Part shown: one piece after another, positions 11,231-21,101 of the stretch
Layout of the letters: each line of letters starts with the position of its first letter
How positions within the stretch are numbered: position 1 is the first letter of the stretch
From: an uncultured delta proteobacterium
GTDB taxonomy: Bacteria > Myxococcota > Kuafuiibacteriia > Kuafuiibacteriales > Kuafuiibacteriaceae
DNA: 64,000 nucleotides
Assembly (NCBI GenBank): GCA_963803435.1
Contig: CAWDML010000009.1
Location: 768,001-832,000, forward strand
Direction of reading: 5' to 3'
Made by a program: the position numbers and the translations under genes
Notes under the pieces: generated by a model
Told to the model about the DNA's origin: nothing
The model's database searches: none
What the model saw: only the letters and a program-made list of their open reading frames with translations

Positions 11231-11936
11231 TGCGCACCAGCGTCAGGCCGTGCGGATCGGCGGGCGGTGCGGTGGCGCGGCGGTCGCCGGCGGCGGCGAG
11301 CTCGAGCAGCCGTTCGTCAGGTGCGCCGCGCTGGGCCTCGCGGATCGCGGTCGAGACCATGATCCGGACCTGACGACGGAGGAAGGCGGCGCCGGAGAAG
11401 TCGAAGCGGATCACCTCACGGCCCGCGTCCCGCACGCGGCGCGCGGTGGCGCGGTACAGCGTGCGGACCGTCGACTTGCCGGCGGGCGTGTCGCGCGCGA
11501 ACGCGCTGAAGCAACGGCGGCCGACCAGGCAGGCGATCAGGCGGTCGACCCGGGCGACGTTGGTCTCGCCGTCCTCGAGCAGATACGTGTAGTGGCGGGC
11601 GACGGCGGAGAACTGGGCGTGGAAGCTCTTGCCCATCTCGGCTGTGGACAGCGCCGTCAACTCGCCTTGCGCGACGCCGTCGACGGCCTCGGTGATCGCG
11701 TCGAGGTCGAGGGCGCAGAGCGCGGAGAAGGAGACTACCTGACCTTGTGCGCTGACGCCGCGGTCGGTCCGACCTCCGACCCGCAGGTTCAGCCGGCGTT
11801 GATGGGACAACAGCAGCGGGTCGAGCGCCTGGTGCAGAACCCCTTCAACGGTCTTTCGCCCGGGCTGCATCGCGTAGCCCCAGAAGGCGGCGCCGTCGTA
11901 TGCGATGACGATACGGTAAGTATGGCGGGCGCTCAC
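11220..11936 (-). CDS. truA: tRNA pseudouridine synthase A
   Basis: IAYDGAAFWG, GRTDRGVSA, FHAQFSA, FLRRQVR. Confidence 0.88.
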   Translation of the reverse strand: MSARHTYRIVIAYDGAAFWGYAMQPGRKTVEGVLHQALDPLLLSHQRRLNLRVGGRTDRGVSAQGQVVSFSALCALDLDAITEAVDGVAQGELTALSTAEMGKSFHAQFSAVARHYTYLLEDGETNVARVDRLIACLVGRRCFSAFARDTPAGKSTVRTLYRATARRVRDAGREVIRFDFSGAAFLRRQVRIMVSTAIREAQRGAPDERLLELAAAGDRRATAPPADPHGLTLVRITY

Positions 11937-11996
11937 GGTGGAATCGAGGCGGGGCCTCTACCCTCCGTCTCGACCAATGCTACCATCCGAGCGTCG

Positions 11997-12989
11997 ATGT
12001 CAGCCCGTAAGCCGCAGGGGATCGCGGAGGACGCGTCCGAGTACGCGGATCTCCCAGACCTCGACCAGGGGACGAAGAGATTGAAGGGCGGCATCGCAGA
12101 CGATGCGGCGCTGTTCGAGGACATCCTGGAGGAGTCGAGCGAGGCGGCGCGGTCGCTTCAGTCCGACTGGCTCTATCAGCTCGACGGTCACGTGTTCGGA
12201 CCCCTCAAGCCGAAAGAGCTCCTCGAGATGCTCTACAAGGGGGAGATCAACGCCGAGACGATGGTGGCGGTGGAGGACGAGGAGTTCCGGCCGCTGCGTC
12301 GCTACGGGGTGTTTCGGGCCCACCTCCCCAAGGTCCAGACGCGGCATCAGGAGATCGAGACCGAGAAGGCGCTGGAGCGGGCCGAGAATCGCCGCCGGAT
12401 CGTCCGGCGGATCGGGATGATCGTCACCGCGCTCGGGGTGCTGGGCGCAGGGTCGTACGGGCTGGTGACCTATATCCGGCAGGCCAAAGAGAGGAACGCC
12501 CTCGCCAAGAAGAGAGCGGAGGAGGCGTCGCTCAAGCAGCAGCTCGAGGACCTGGAGGCCTCGGTCACGATCGAGCCGCCGCTGACGCCGCTGGTGGAGG
12601 AGGAGAAGGAAGACGTCCGCACCGGCAAGAAGCATCGGCGTCGCCGCCGGGGGGGCCGTGCGGTGGCCAGCTTCGGCAGTGGGACCGGCGAGCTCCAGCG
12701 CGATGAGATCATGGCCGGCGTGGCCGACGTGTTTCCCGGCTTCAAGCGCTGCATCGTCGAACAGATGCAGCGGGAGCCCGACACTGTCCCAGAGCAGATC
12801 ATCCTCACCTTCGCCATCGGGAACGAAGGCAAGGCACAGGATGTCAGCCTCAGCGACCGGATCCTGCGGAAGTCTCCGATGCGCGCCTGCATGGTGGCGC
12901 AGCTCGCCAAGGCCAAGTGGCGCGCCTTCAAGGGCGAGGTCCAAAACGTGGAGTACCCGATCACGGTCGGGCGCCAGAAGCGGCCCTAA
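11997..12989 (+). CDS. GYF_2-domain, TM, AgmX/PglI-like C-terminal domain protein
   Basis: WLYQLDGHVFGP GYF-like motif, TM, TonB_C-like C-terminus with two Cys; ATG at 11997. Confidence 0.7.
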   Translation: MSARKPQGIAEDASEYADLPDLDQGTKRLKGGIADDAALFEDILEESSEAARSLQSDWLYQLDGHVFGPLKPKELLEMLYKGEINAETMVAVEDEEFRPLRRYGVFRAHLPKVQTRHQEIETEKALERAENRRRIVRRIGMIVTALGVLGAGSYGLVTYIRQAKERNALAKKRAEEASLKQQLEDLEASVTIEPPLTPLVEEEKEDVRTGKKHRRRRRGGRAVASFGSGTGELQRDEIMAGVADVFPGFKRCIVEQMQREPDTVPEQIILTFAIGNEGKAQDVSLSDRILRKSPMRACMVAQLAKAKWRAFKGEVQNVEYPITVGRQKRP

Positions 12990-13031
12990 CCTTTCACCAG
13001 ACCAGGGGTTGGGATAGCTTCGATAGCGCCG

Positions 13032-14435
13032 ATGGCCATCACCGTTCCCGAGAAAAAGAGGCTCGGCGAGATCCTCGTCGCGCACGACATCCTCACGCCC
13101 GCTCAGCTCGAGTCCGTGATCACGGGCCAGGGCACGTCGATGCTGCCGCTGGGGTCGACCGCCGTGGAGATGCAGCTCGCCAGCGAGCGTGACGTGACGA
13201 TGGCGCTCGCCGAGCAGTTCGGTGTTCCGGGCGCCCATCTGTCGGCGTCGACGATCTCGACGGAGGTCCTGGGCGCGATCCCGGCCGAGGTGGCGTCCTC
13301 GCACTTCTTGCTGCCGATGGCGTTTCAGGGGAGCGCGCTCTTGCTCGCCCTCGCGAACCCGCAAGAGAAGGTGCTGCTCGACGAGATCGCGTTCGCCAGC
13401 GGACGCGCGATCCTGCCGTACATCGCGCCGCGCGTACTGCTCGAGCGATCGATCCGGGCCGCGTACGAGGCGCGGCAGAGCGGCGCGCCGTTCTGGGTGG
13501 GCGCGGTGTCGTCACACCCGGACGCGCCGCACGTCGAGGTGGTCGAGCCGCCGGTCAAGACGAAGACGCCCATCCCCAAGCCTGCGCTCGATTGGCTCAC
13601 CGAGCCGCCGAAGCTGGACGACGTCGGCGAGACCAAGCGACCAGTGGTGGCGCCGCGGACGACGGACAAGCCCCTCGTGCTGGCGGTCGACGACGAGATC
13701 GAGATCCTCGACATCATCGACAAGGCGCTCTCGCACAAGGGCATGGACGTGGTCCGGGCGACGCGCGGGCGCGAGGCGCTCGAGAAGCTGCAGGCGCACG
13801 TGCCGGACATCGTGCTGCTCGACGCGATGCTGCCCGAGATCCACGGTTTCGAGATCTGTCACAAGATCAAGCAGTCGCAGCAATTCAAGCACGTCCCGGT
13901 GATCATCATCTCGGCCATCTACACCGGTTGGAACTTCATCACCGACATCAAGCGGATCTACGGCGCGGACGATTACATGGCCAAGCCGTTCCGCGTGATG
14001 GAGATGGTCCGAAAAGTAGAGGAGACGCTCGCGAAAGCGCAGGTGCGCCCGCGGTCACCCGAGGTCGCGCAGGCGCACAAGCACGCCGAGCTCCTGATGA
14101 AGGAGGCGGCCGAGGCGTTGAAGTCGGGCCGGGTCGACGCGGCGGTGGAGGTGGCGGAGCGGGCGTCCCACGCCGATCCGTTCGATCCTCGGACGCACTT
14201 CATCCTGGGGATGGCGCTTCACAAGGCCGGCCGGATCTACGAGGCGATCTCGGTGTATGAGAGGGTGGTCGAGCTCAACCCGGGGCAGTTTGCCGCTCTG
14301 AAGAACCTGGCGGTGCTCTATGAGCGCCAGGGGTTCAAGGCCAAGGCGGTCGAGACCTGGATGCGGGCGCTGGAGCAATCACCGAGCGAGCCGGTCAGGC
14401 AAACCATTAAGGCCCACCTGATTGACCTCCTCTGA
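13032..14435 (+). CDS. Response regulator with N-terminal MshEN/T2SSE_N domain and C-terminal TPR
   Basis: RLGEILV..ILTPAQL..Q; receiver motifs VLAVDD, LLDAMLP, KPF; TPR helices. Confidence 0.85.
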   Translation: MAITVPEKKRLGEILVAHDILTPAQLESVITGQGTSMLPLGSTAVEMQLASERDVTMALAEQFGVPGAHLSASTISTEVLGAIPAEVASSHFLLPMAFQGSALLLALANPQEKVLLDEIAFASGRAILPYIAPRVLLERSIRAAYEARQSGAPFWVGAVSSHPDAPHVEVVEPPVKTKTPIPKPALDWLTEPPKLDDVGETKRPVVAPRTTDKPLVLAVDDEIEILDIIDKALSHKGMDVVRATRGREALEKLQAHVPDIVLLDAMLPEIHGFEICHKIKQSQQFKHVPVIIISAIYTGWNFITDIKRIYGADDYMAKPFRVMEMVRKVEETLAKAQVRPRSPEVAQAHKHAELLMKEAAEALKSGRVDAAVEVAERASHADPFDPRTHFILGMALHKAGRIYEAISVYERVVELNPGQFAALKNLAVLYERQGFKAKAVETWMRALEQSPSEPVRQTIKAHLIDLL

Positions 14436-14474
14436 TAAACTCGGGCGGCTCGATCGACCGATGGTGAGACAGGA

Positions 14475-16193
14475 ATGAAGTTTCTCTGCGGAAGTTGCCG
14501 GACCAAATACCAGATCTCCGATGAGAAGGTCCGCGGCAAGATTCTCACCATCCGGTGCAAGAAGTGTGGGTCCAAGATCCTGGTCCGGGAGTCGCTCAGC
14601 AAGAACGCCAGCGGCGGGACCGCGGTCGCACCCGTCGCCGAGGAGGAGCAGCCCAGGGCCGCGGAGATCGGGGGTCAGAAGTCGGTCTCGATGGCGGGCA
14701 AGGCGGGGGGGTCCGCGGCGCTCGCCTCGGCCTTCGAGGTCGCGATGGGCGGGGGTCCGGCCGAGGCCGACGACATGCCGACCAGTATCGCGCCGGTACC
14801 GGCGAACCTCGATCACGCCGGGGTCGAGTGGTACGTCGCCATCGACGGCGAGCAGTTCGGGCCGTACGCGTTCGCTGAGATCGTCCGGCGGATCGTCGGC
14901 AAGGAAGTGGTCGGGCGGCACTACGTCTGGCACGACGGCATGGACAACTGGCTGCGGGTCCGGGACGTCAAGGACCTCGCGCCGTACCTCCCGCAGGATC
15001 GGAAGAAGCCGCCGCCGCCGCCGCCGCCGGTCTCCGGAGAGCATCAACACGAGGACGAGACGATCGCCGCCGGTCCGGGGGCCGAGATCGTCGATTTGTC
15101 GCTCCGGCGAGCCGAGCGCGATCGCCACAAGTCCCCTCGGCTCGAGCGAAGCGAGGAGAGCGCGCGGGCGGAGGCGCCGAAGACGGACACCACCACCGAG
15201 CGGGCCGAGCAGCTCGACAACGTCCTGAACGAAGCCCTCGGGATTGAGGGCGAGGGCAAGACCACGCAGGCGGAGCCCGAGCGCGCGGTCGCGGTCTCGG
15301 TGACCGCGCGGACGAGGGAAGGGCAGGCGGAGCCGTCGATCGACGATCTGCTGGCCTTCGAGGCGAAGGACGACCTCTTCGCCGGCGTTCCCCGAGCCGA
15401 GGACGACGTGCAGCGCGAGTCGACGCGCTTCTACGTGGCGGCCGCAGGCGTCAACGCACGCAAGTCGAAGAACAAGGTCGCGATGGTGCTCGGCGGCGTG
15501 ATGGTGATGGTGTTGCTCGGCTTCACGGGGGCGTGGGCCGGCGGCATCATCCGGATCGAGATCCCGGGCATCGGCAACCCCTTCGCGGGGCCGAACGGCA
15601 AGAGCTTGTTCGCCGCCGACGACGAGGAGGTCGCCGATGAGGATCCGGAGCTCATCAAGGGCCTCCTGACAGAGGAGCAGAAGCGGGCGGCGGCCAAGCG
15701 GAAGCGGACGCGGCGCTCCAAGGGACCGACCGGCTTCATCGACGACGGTCACGCCGACGGCGTGGGTGGTACCCGCGGCGACGACGCCGAATCGGTCAAC
15801 CTCGAGCTCGGCGGAAGCGGACCCGGCGTCGGCAAGCTGCCGCAGGCCAAGCTGCCCGAGTCGGGCATCGAGGACGTGCCGGTGGACGGTGGTGAGTCGC
15901 TGTCGCAGGACGTGATCACGAAGGTGGTCAACGCCCGCAAGCGATCCGTGCTGATCTGCTACCAGCAGTCGCTCAAGGGGCAGGAGGACCTGCGGGGCAA
16001 GCTCGAGATCCGCGTGACGGTCGATCCGAGCGGCAAGGTGCGGAGTGCGACCGTCGAGACCAGCGCGTTCAAGGGGAGCAAGCTCGGTCGATGCATCGCC
16101 GGCAAGATTCAGGACTGGCGCTTCCCCACCTTCTCGGGCGACACGCAGCAGATCCTGGTGCCGTTCGTCCTCGAGAAGGGCAACGAGTACTGA
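14475..16193 (+). CDS. Zinc-ribbon/GYF/AgmX-C protein, GltJ(AgmX)-like
   Basis: MKFLCGSC...RCKKC zinc ribbon, WYVAIDGEQFGP, TM, C-terminal CY..CIA..WRFP. Confidence 0.8.
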   Translation: MKFLCGSCRTKYQISDEKVRGKILTIRCKKCGSKILVRESLSKNASGGTAVAPVAEEEQPRAAEIGGQKSVSMAGKAGGSAALASAFEVAMGGGPAEADDMPTSIAPVPANLDHAGVEWYVAIDGEQFGPYAFAEIVRRIVGKEVVGRHYVWHDGMDNWLRVRDVKDLAPYLPQDRKKPPPPPPPVSGEHQHEDETIAAGPGAEIVDLSLRRAERDRHKSPRLERSEESARAEAPKTDTTTERAEQLDNVLNEALGIEGEGKTTQAEPERAVAVSVTARTREGQAEPSIDDLLAFEAKDDLFAGVPRAEDDVQRESTRFYVAAAGVNARKSKNKVAMVLGGVMVMVLLGFTGAWAGGIIRIEIPGIGNPFAGPNGKSLFAADDEEVADEDPELIKGLLTEEQKRAAAKRKRTRRSKGPTGFIDDGHADGVGGTRGDDAESVNLELGGSGPGVGKLPQAKLPESGIEDVPVDGGESLSQDVITKVVNARKRSVLICYQQSLKGQEDLRGKLEIRVTVDPSGKVRSATVETSAFKGSKLGRCIAGKIQDWRFPTFSGDTQQILVPFVLEKGNEY

Positions 16194-16232
16194 CGCGCTG
16201 TCGACGCTCGACTTCTTCGGTAGAGTCTTTCG

Positions 16233-18627
16233 GTGGCGATCTCCAAGGCCGCCGAGCTCTTCGAGCGCGCCTCGCTCGGGCTGGATCGAGGTGAGGGGGA
16301 GGCGGCGTGTGGGTTGATCGATCAAGGGCTGGACCTCGATCCCAACAGTGAGCGGGGACGCCAACTGCTGGAGCATGTGCTCCGGCGCGCGGGCCGCTTC
16401 GAGGAGCTGCTCGAGCGCCTGGTGCGGATCGCCCAGCGTGCTGACCGAGGATCACGGGCCTCGGCGCTGAAGGACGCGGCGCGCCTGGCGGCGGGGCCAC
16501 TCTCGGATCCCGCGCGGGCGCTGGAGCTGTACCGCGAGAGCCTCCGTGTGATCGATGACGACGCGGTCCTGGTCGAAGCGGTCTCGCGCGGCATTCGCCA
16601 TGGGTTCTTCGACGTCTCGTCCCGGTTGCTGCCCGCGATCGAGCCCGGGCTGCGGGCCGAGCGCTTTGCTCGCGTGGCGGCGCGCGCGATCGAGCGCGGT
16701 GATGCGCGCGCGGCGCTCGAGTGCCGCGCGGCCGCGTTCGCGGATACACCCACGCGCGAGGGGTTGGACGCGCTCGACTCGATCCTGACCGAGCGCGCCG
16801 ACGAGGAGGCGCGCGCCGAGGCGCTGGCGCGGTACGCCAACCGGACGACGCCGCCCGAGGTCGCGTTCACCACGCCCTACCAGGACGGCGAGAGCGGGGA
16901 GGCCGCCCGGACGGCGGTCATCCCGCGAAGCCATGGCGGCGAGAGGGCCTCTACGGAGGCGATCCTGGAACAATCGCGACGGGTGTCGACGGCGTGCGCG
17001 GATCAGGCGATCCTGACCCGCGGGCTCACCGCCATGGGAGACCAAGAACATCGGACCGACCAAGAGGAGGTCGCGACCCACGGCTGGGACGAGGACATCC
17101 TCGCCGGCAACACGAGCGATCAGGTTCACCAAATCGCCGACGCGGTGGGCGCGCTGGTGGACGAGCGGGCGCGAGGCTCGCTGTTGTCGAGGCGCATCGA
17201 TCCGATCGAGCCGAACGTCCCGCCGCTCGAGGACACGGTGGGCGATGGGGTGCCGCTCGGTCCCGCGGAGGCGGTGCAGCTCCATCTGAGCGCCGGCGAC
17301 GTCGAATCCCTGGTGGAGCGGATCCAGGACGCGGTCGATCGGGAAGAGGAGATCGATCGGGCCACCTGGCTGCGGGCCGGGCGCTTCCTCGGCGCGATCG
17401 GACGCGCGGTGGAGGCGCGCCAATGTCTCCTGCATGCAATCGGAGAGCGCACGGTCTGGGATCGGGCCGCGGCGCGGGCGCTCGCGGCGCAGGGTGATCA
17501 TCGCGAAGCTGCGCGCGCGCTGGCAGCCACCGAGGCGCCGACCGAGGCCGAAGACCTGGCGTGGATCGGTGAACGCTATCTCGCAGACGGTGACGATGCC
17601 GAGGCGACGCGCTGGTTCGAGCGCGCCCAGAGCGCCGAACCCAGCAACGCGGTGGTCGCCGCGCGGCTGCTCGAGCTGAGCTCGCGGGCGCACAAGGACG
17701 AGCGGGTGGAGGCGCTGCTCTCCGCGCACGCCTCGTTCGTATCGCCGGTCTGGCATCTGGCGGTGGCGCGCGCACAACGGCGCAAGGGAAGGGCACCAGA
17801 GGCCAAAGAGGCGGTGGAGCGGGCGCTGGCGACCGACGCCTCGCTGCTCGAGCCGGCCATGCTTCTGTTCGATCTGGGGCGCGAGCAGGCCGAGGACGGC
17901 TGGATTGATCGCGCTCTCGCCGAGATCCGGATCCGGGCGCTCGAGCGCGGGGAGCGGTCGCGCGCGTTCGTCGCGGCGGGCTTGCTGGTGGCCCGCGGGG
18001 CCGCCTCGGAGGACGACCGGCTGACGTACGAGGCGCTCCGGATCGATCTCTCTTCGGCGCCTCGCGCCACGCTGCCGGCGGGCTGGGCCGACGGATGGTT
18101 GATCCAGGTCGAGGGGTCGGCGGCCGAGGTGACGTTCGACGAGAAGCGGAGCCGCGCCGTCGATCTGGAGCCGGGGCTACTCGACGCGCTCGAGGCGGCC
18201 GAAGGCGTGTGCGGCGTGGCCGACGTCCGAGTGGTGGCGCTCTGGGGCGAAGGGCCGCCGGCCGCGGTCTGGGACGATCCCGCGCGGATCGGGTTTCAGC
18301 AGCAGGAGCTGGTGCGCTGGCTGCCGAAGGCGTTCCGCTTCGAGGTGGGGCGCGCGCTGGCGGCGCTGACGGAGCCACGGCTGCGCGGCGGGCTGGTCGA
18401 CGCCCAGCTCACCGCCGAGGGCACGGTGGTGCTGCTCGATCGGGCCGGACTCTTGGTGGCGCAAGATCCGGTGCAAGTGCTCGAGTCGATCGGAGTGAAG
18501 ACACCGAGGGGACGTGCGCTGACGGCGTTCGCCGTGTCCGACGAGCTGTTCGGGCTGTGGGCCCGGATCGGGCTCGGGGTGGATACCGCCGAACACCACC
18601 GTTGCCAAACCGCCGCCGAGCGCCTAG
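16233..18627 (+). CDS. Large TPR-repeat protein; apparent frameshift at ~18585
   Basis: TPR-like helices; deleting A18585 (GATAC to GATC) gives a stop at TAG 18625-18627 instead of read-through over the BMC genes. Confidence 0.65.
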
Positions 18628-18630
18628 AAC
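18602..18630 (+). promoter_or_regulatory. Putative sigma70-like promoter of the BMC satellite operon
   Basis: TTGCCA-17 bp-TAGAAC, 12 nt upstream of the GTG at 18643. Confidence 0.4.
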
Positions 18631-18642
18631 GCGCCCGAACGC

Positions 18643-18909
18643 GTGTTTTTGGCTCGAGTCATCGGCACCGTCGTCGCGAGCACGAAGTATCCGGGCCTCG
18701 AGGGCGTGAAGCTGCTCGTGGTGCAGGGGCTGGACCGCGAGGGGCGGGCGACCGGCGGGCCGCAGGTCGCGTGCGACTACGGCGTGCGTGCGGGCCGCGG
18801 GGATCGGGTCTACTGCGTGAGCGCGCGCGAGGCTTCCCACGCCATGCCCGAGCGGTTCGTCCCCGTGGACGCAGCGGTGGTCGCGATCGTCGATCGGGTG
18901 GATCGGTAG
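18643..18909 (+). CDS. BMC shell vertex protein (EutN/CcmL, BMC-P)
   Basis: MFLARVIGTVVASTK..L.G.KLLVVQ, VACDYGVRAGRGDRV, PVDAAVVAIVD. Confidence 0.93.
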   Translation: MFLARVIGTVVASTKYPGLEGVKLLVVQGLDREGRATGGPQVACDYGVRAGRGDRVYCVSAREASHAMPERFVPVDAAVVAIVDRVDR

Positions 18910-18915
18910 TCGAGC

Positions 18916-19194
18916 ATGATCCTGGGACGCGTCACCGGCACCGTGGTCGCGACGATCAAGCACGAGGCCTACGCGGGCCGGAAGGTGCTGCTGGTGCAGC
19001 CGATCGATGAGCGCGGGAAGGACCTGGGCGCCGAGCTGATCGCCGTGGACAGCGCGCAGGCCGGGATTGGTGACACGGTCCTGGTGCTCCGGGAGGGTAA
19101 CGGTGTCCGCCAGATCCTGTGCGGCGACATCACCGCCACGCTCCCGATCCTCGAGACGATCGTCGCGATCGTCGACCAGGTGCACGTCCGATGA
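18916..19194 (+). CDS. Second BMC shell vertex protein (EutN/CcmL, BMC-P)
   Basis: MILGRVTGTVVATIKH, AVDSAQAGIGDTVLV, IVAIVD. Confidence 0.93.
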   Translation: MILGRVTGTVVATIKHEAYAGRKVLLVQPIDERGKDLGAELIAVDSAQAGIGDTVLVLREGNGVRQILCGDITATLPILETIVAIVDQVHVR

Positions 19195-19919
19195 CCAGCC
19201 ACGCGCAGCTGAGGCGCGAGGTCGCTCGCTACAGCTCGCTGATCCACGATGCCGGCTGGGTTGCGAACCACGACGGCAACGTCTCGCTTCGGGAGGGGGC
19301 GCGCTTCTTCATCACGCCCACCGGCGTCAGCAAGCGCGAGTGTCTGGCCGACACCATCGTGGAGTGCGACGCGCACGGCAAGCCGCTGTCGCGGGGTCGC
19401 CCACCGAGCGAGGTGTCGTTGCACGTGGGGGTGTTCGAGGCGCGGCCCGATGTCGGCGCGGTCGTCCATGCGCATCCGCCGTACGCCTCCGCGTTTGCGC
19501 TGGTGGGGCGGAGCCTCGAGCCGATCGCGATGCCCGAGGTCATGGTCTCGCTCGGGGAGCGGATCCCGCTCGTGCCCCTGTTCGTGCCCAAGGATCCGGC
19601 GGCGGCGGGGGCGGTGGGCGGCGCGATGAAGGGCGCCGACGCAGCGCTCCTCTCGGGGAACGGTGCGATCACGGTCGGTCCCGATCTGGAGACCGCGTAC
19701 CTCAGGATGGAGGTGCTCGAGCACTACGCCAAGATCCTGACCCTCGCGCGCGGCGGCGTCGGAGAGCCGGCACCGCTGCCGGAAGCGGCGCGGTCGAAGT
19801 GCCTGGAGTTGCGCAAGGCGGCGGGCCTTCTGCGGGAGCCACCGCCGGCCGCCGTGGCGGGCGACATTCGCCGGGTGGTTCTGGAGGAAGTGCGCCGCGC
19901 GCTGGGAGATGAGAAGTGA
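19191..19919 (+). CDS. Class II aldolase/adducin (FucA-like) with C-terminal encapsulation-peptide-like helix
   Basis: DGNVS, ITPTG, PSE..LH, VVHAHP; tail [15 protein letters not shown] after a Pro/Ala linker. Confidence 0.88.
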   Translation: MTSHAQLRREVARYSSLIHDAGWVANHDGNVSLREGARFFITPTGVSKRECLADTIVECDAHGKPLSRGRPPSEVSLHVGVFEARPDVGAVVHAHPPYASAFALVGRSLEPIAMPEVMVSLGERIPLVPLFVPKDPAAAGAVGGAMKGADAALLSGNGAITVGPDLETAYLRMEVLEHYAKILTLARGGVGEPAPLPEAARSKCLELRKAAGLLREPPPAAVAGDIRRVVLEEVRRALGDEK

Positions 19920-20866
19920 GCGAGATCGATCGGATTGTCGACATCATCACGGAGCGGGTCGAGGCCGAGCTGCGAAGCCGTCTCGCGGGCGCGGGCTCCC
20001 CAGCGGGCACGCGGAGCGCGCAGCGAGCCCCTGCCAGCGGAGTCGGGTGCGAGGGCTTCGGGGGGCCGGTGGCCCCGTGCACGACGTGCCCGGCCAACGG
20101 CGTCTGCGACGGCAAGACGGTTATCGGGAGCATCAACCTGGGCGCCCAGCGCGTCGGCGCCGAGGGGAAGGTCGAGGCCGCACCCTGCAGCCACGTCGCG
20201 CCCTTGATCGATCACACCATCCTCAAGCCCGAAGCGACCAAGGAGGAGCTCAAGCAGGTCTGCGACGAGGCCCGGCGCTACGGATTCGCGACCGTCTGTG
20301 TGAACAGCGCGAACATTCCGTTCGTGTCGCGGCAGCTGGCCGGGAGCGGCGTCAAGCCGATCGCGGTGGTCGGCTTCCCGCTCGGGGCGGCCTCACCCAG
20401 CGCGAAGGCGTTCGAGACCAAGGAGGCGATCCGCGCGGGCGCACAAGAGATCGACATGGTCATCAACATCGGCGCCCTCAAGTCCCGCGATCTCGGCTAC
20501 GTGCTCGAGGACATCAGAGCGGTGGTGGGCGCAGCCGGCAAGGTCCCCGTCAAGGTGATCATCGAGACCTCGAAGCTCACCGACGCCGAGAAGATCATGG
20601 CCTGCACGCTGGCGGCGGCGGCGGGCGCGGCCTTCGTGAAGACCTCCACCGGGTTCGCGGGCGGCGGAGCGACGCCCGAGGATGTCGCGCTCATGCGATC
20701 CACGGTCGGGGAGGATGTGGGCGTGAAGGCGTCCGGTGGAATCCGAACGATCGACGACGTGGAGCGGGTCATCGCGGCGGGCGCCAACCGCATCGGCGCG
20801 TCGGCGTCGGTGGCCATCGTCCAGTGTGTGCGGCCGGAAAAGGGCAAGACGCCGAGAGGCTACTAG
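19916..20866 (+). CDS. deoC: Deoxyribose-phosphate aldolase with ~95-aa N-terminal extension
   Basis: [46 protein letters not shown]. Confidence 0.95.
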   Translation: MSEIDRIVDIITERVEAELRSRLAGAGSPAGTRSAQRAPASGVGCEGFGGPVAPCTTCPANGVCDGKTVIGSINLGAQRVGAEGKVEAAPCSHVAPLIDHTILKPEATKEELKQVCDEARRYGFATVCVNSANIPFVSRQLAGSGVKPIAVVGFPLGAASPSAKAFETKEAIRAGAQEIDMVINIGALKSRDLGYVLEDIRAVVGAAGKVPVKVIIETSKLTDAEKIMACTLAAAAGAAFVKTSTGFAGGGATPEDVALMRSTVGEDVGVKASGGIRTIDDVERVIAAGANRIGASASVAIVQCVRPEKGKTPRGY

Positions 20867-21003
20867 GCGCGGCCCGGAACGGATTGGCTCCGCCGGGAAC
20901 AACTTGGCTCTCGGATCCGGCCGATTCCCGAGAATACAGGTTGGTCGTGTTCTTGCTGAGGTTTGGGCTCAATGCGTCATTCTTCAGAGACCGGCAACGC
21001 GTA

Positions 21004-21031
21004 GCAGAGCGCTGACGACGTCAGCCTCTGC
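21004..21031. terminator. Hairpin between convergent deoC and OM-protein genes, possible terminator
   Basis: GCAGAG-C-GCTGAC/GTCAGC-CTCTGC stem followed by a pyrimidine-rich tract; no clean U run. Confidence 0.3.
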
Positions 21032-21101
21032 CTCCTGCCCTTGAACCTGCTCTTCTGCTTGCTCTTGCCCGACCTCTCGGTCGCGGGGCGCGCGAGGGTC
21101 C

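Noticed and set aside
16233-19010. 925-aa ORF overlapping both BMC-P genes
   Set aside because: The tail is junk-like; a single-base deletion at 18585 gives a stop at 18627
20867-21101. 235-bp gap as ncRNA or small ORF
   Set aside because: No recognisable RNA family or convincing start; only one hairpin
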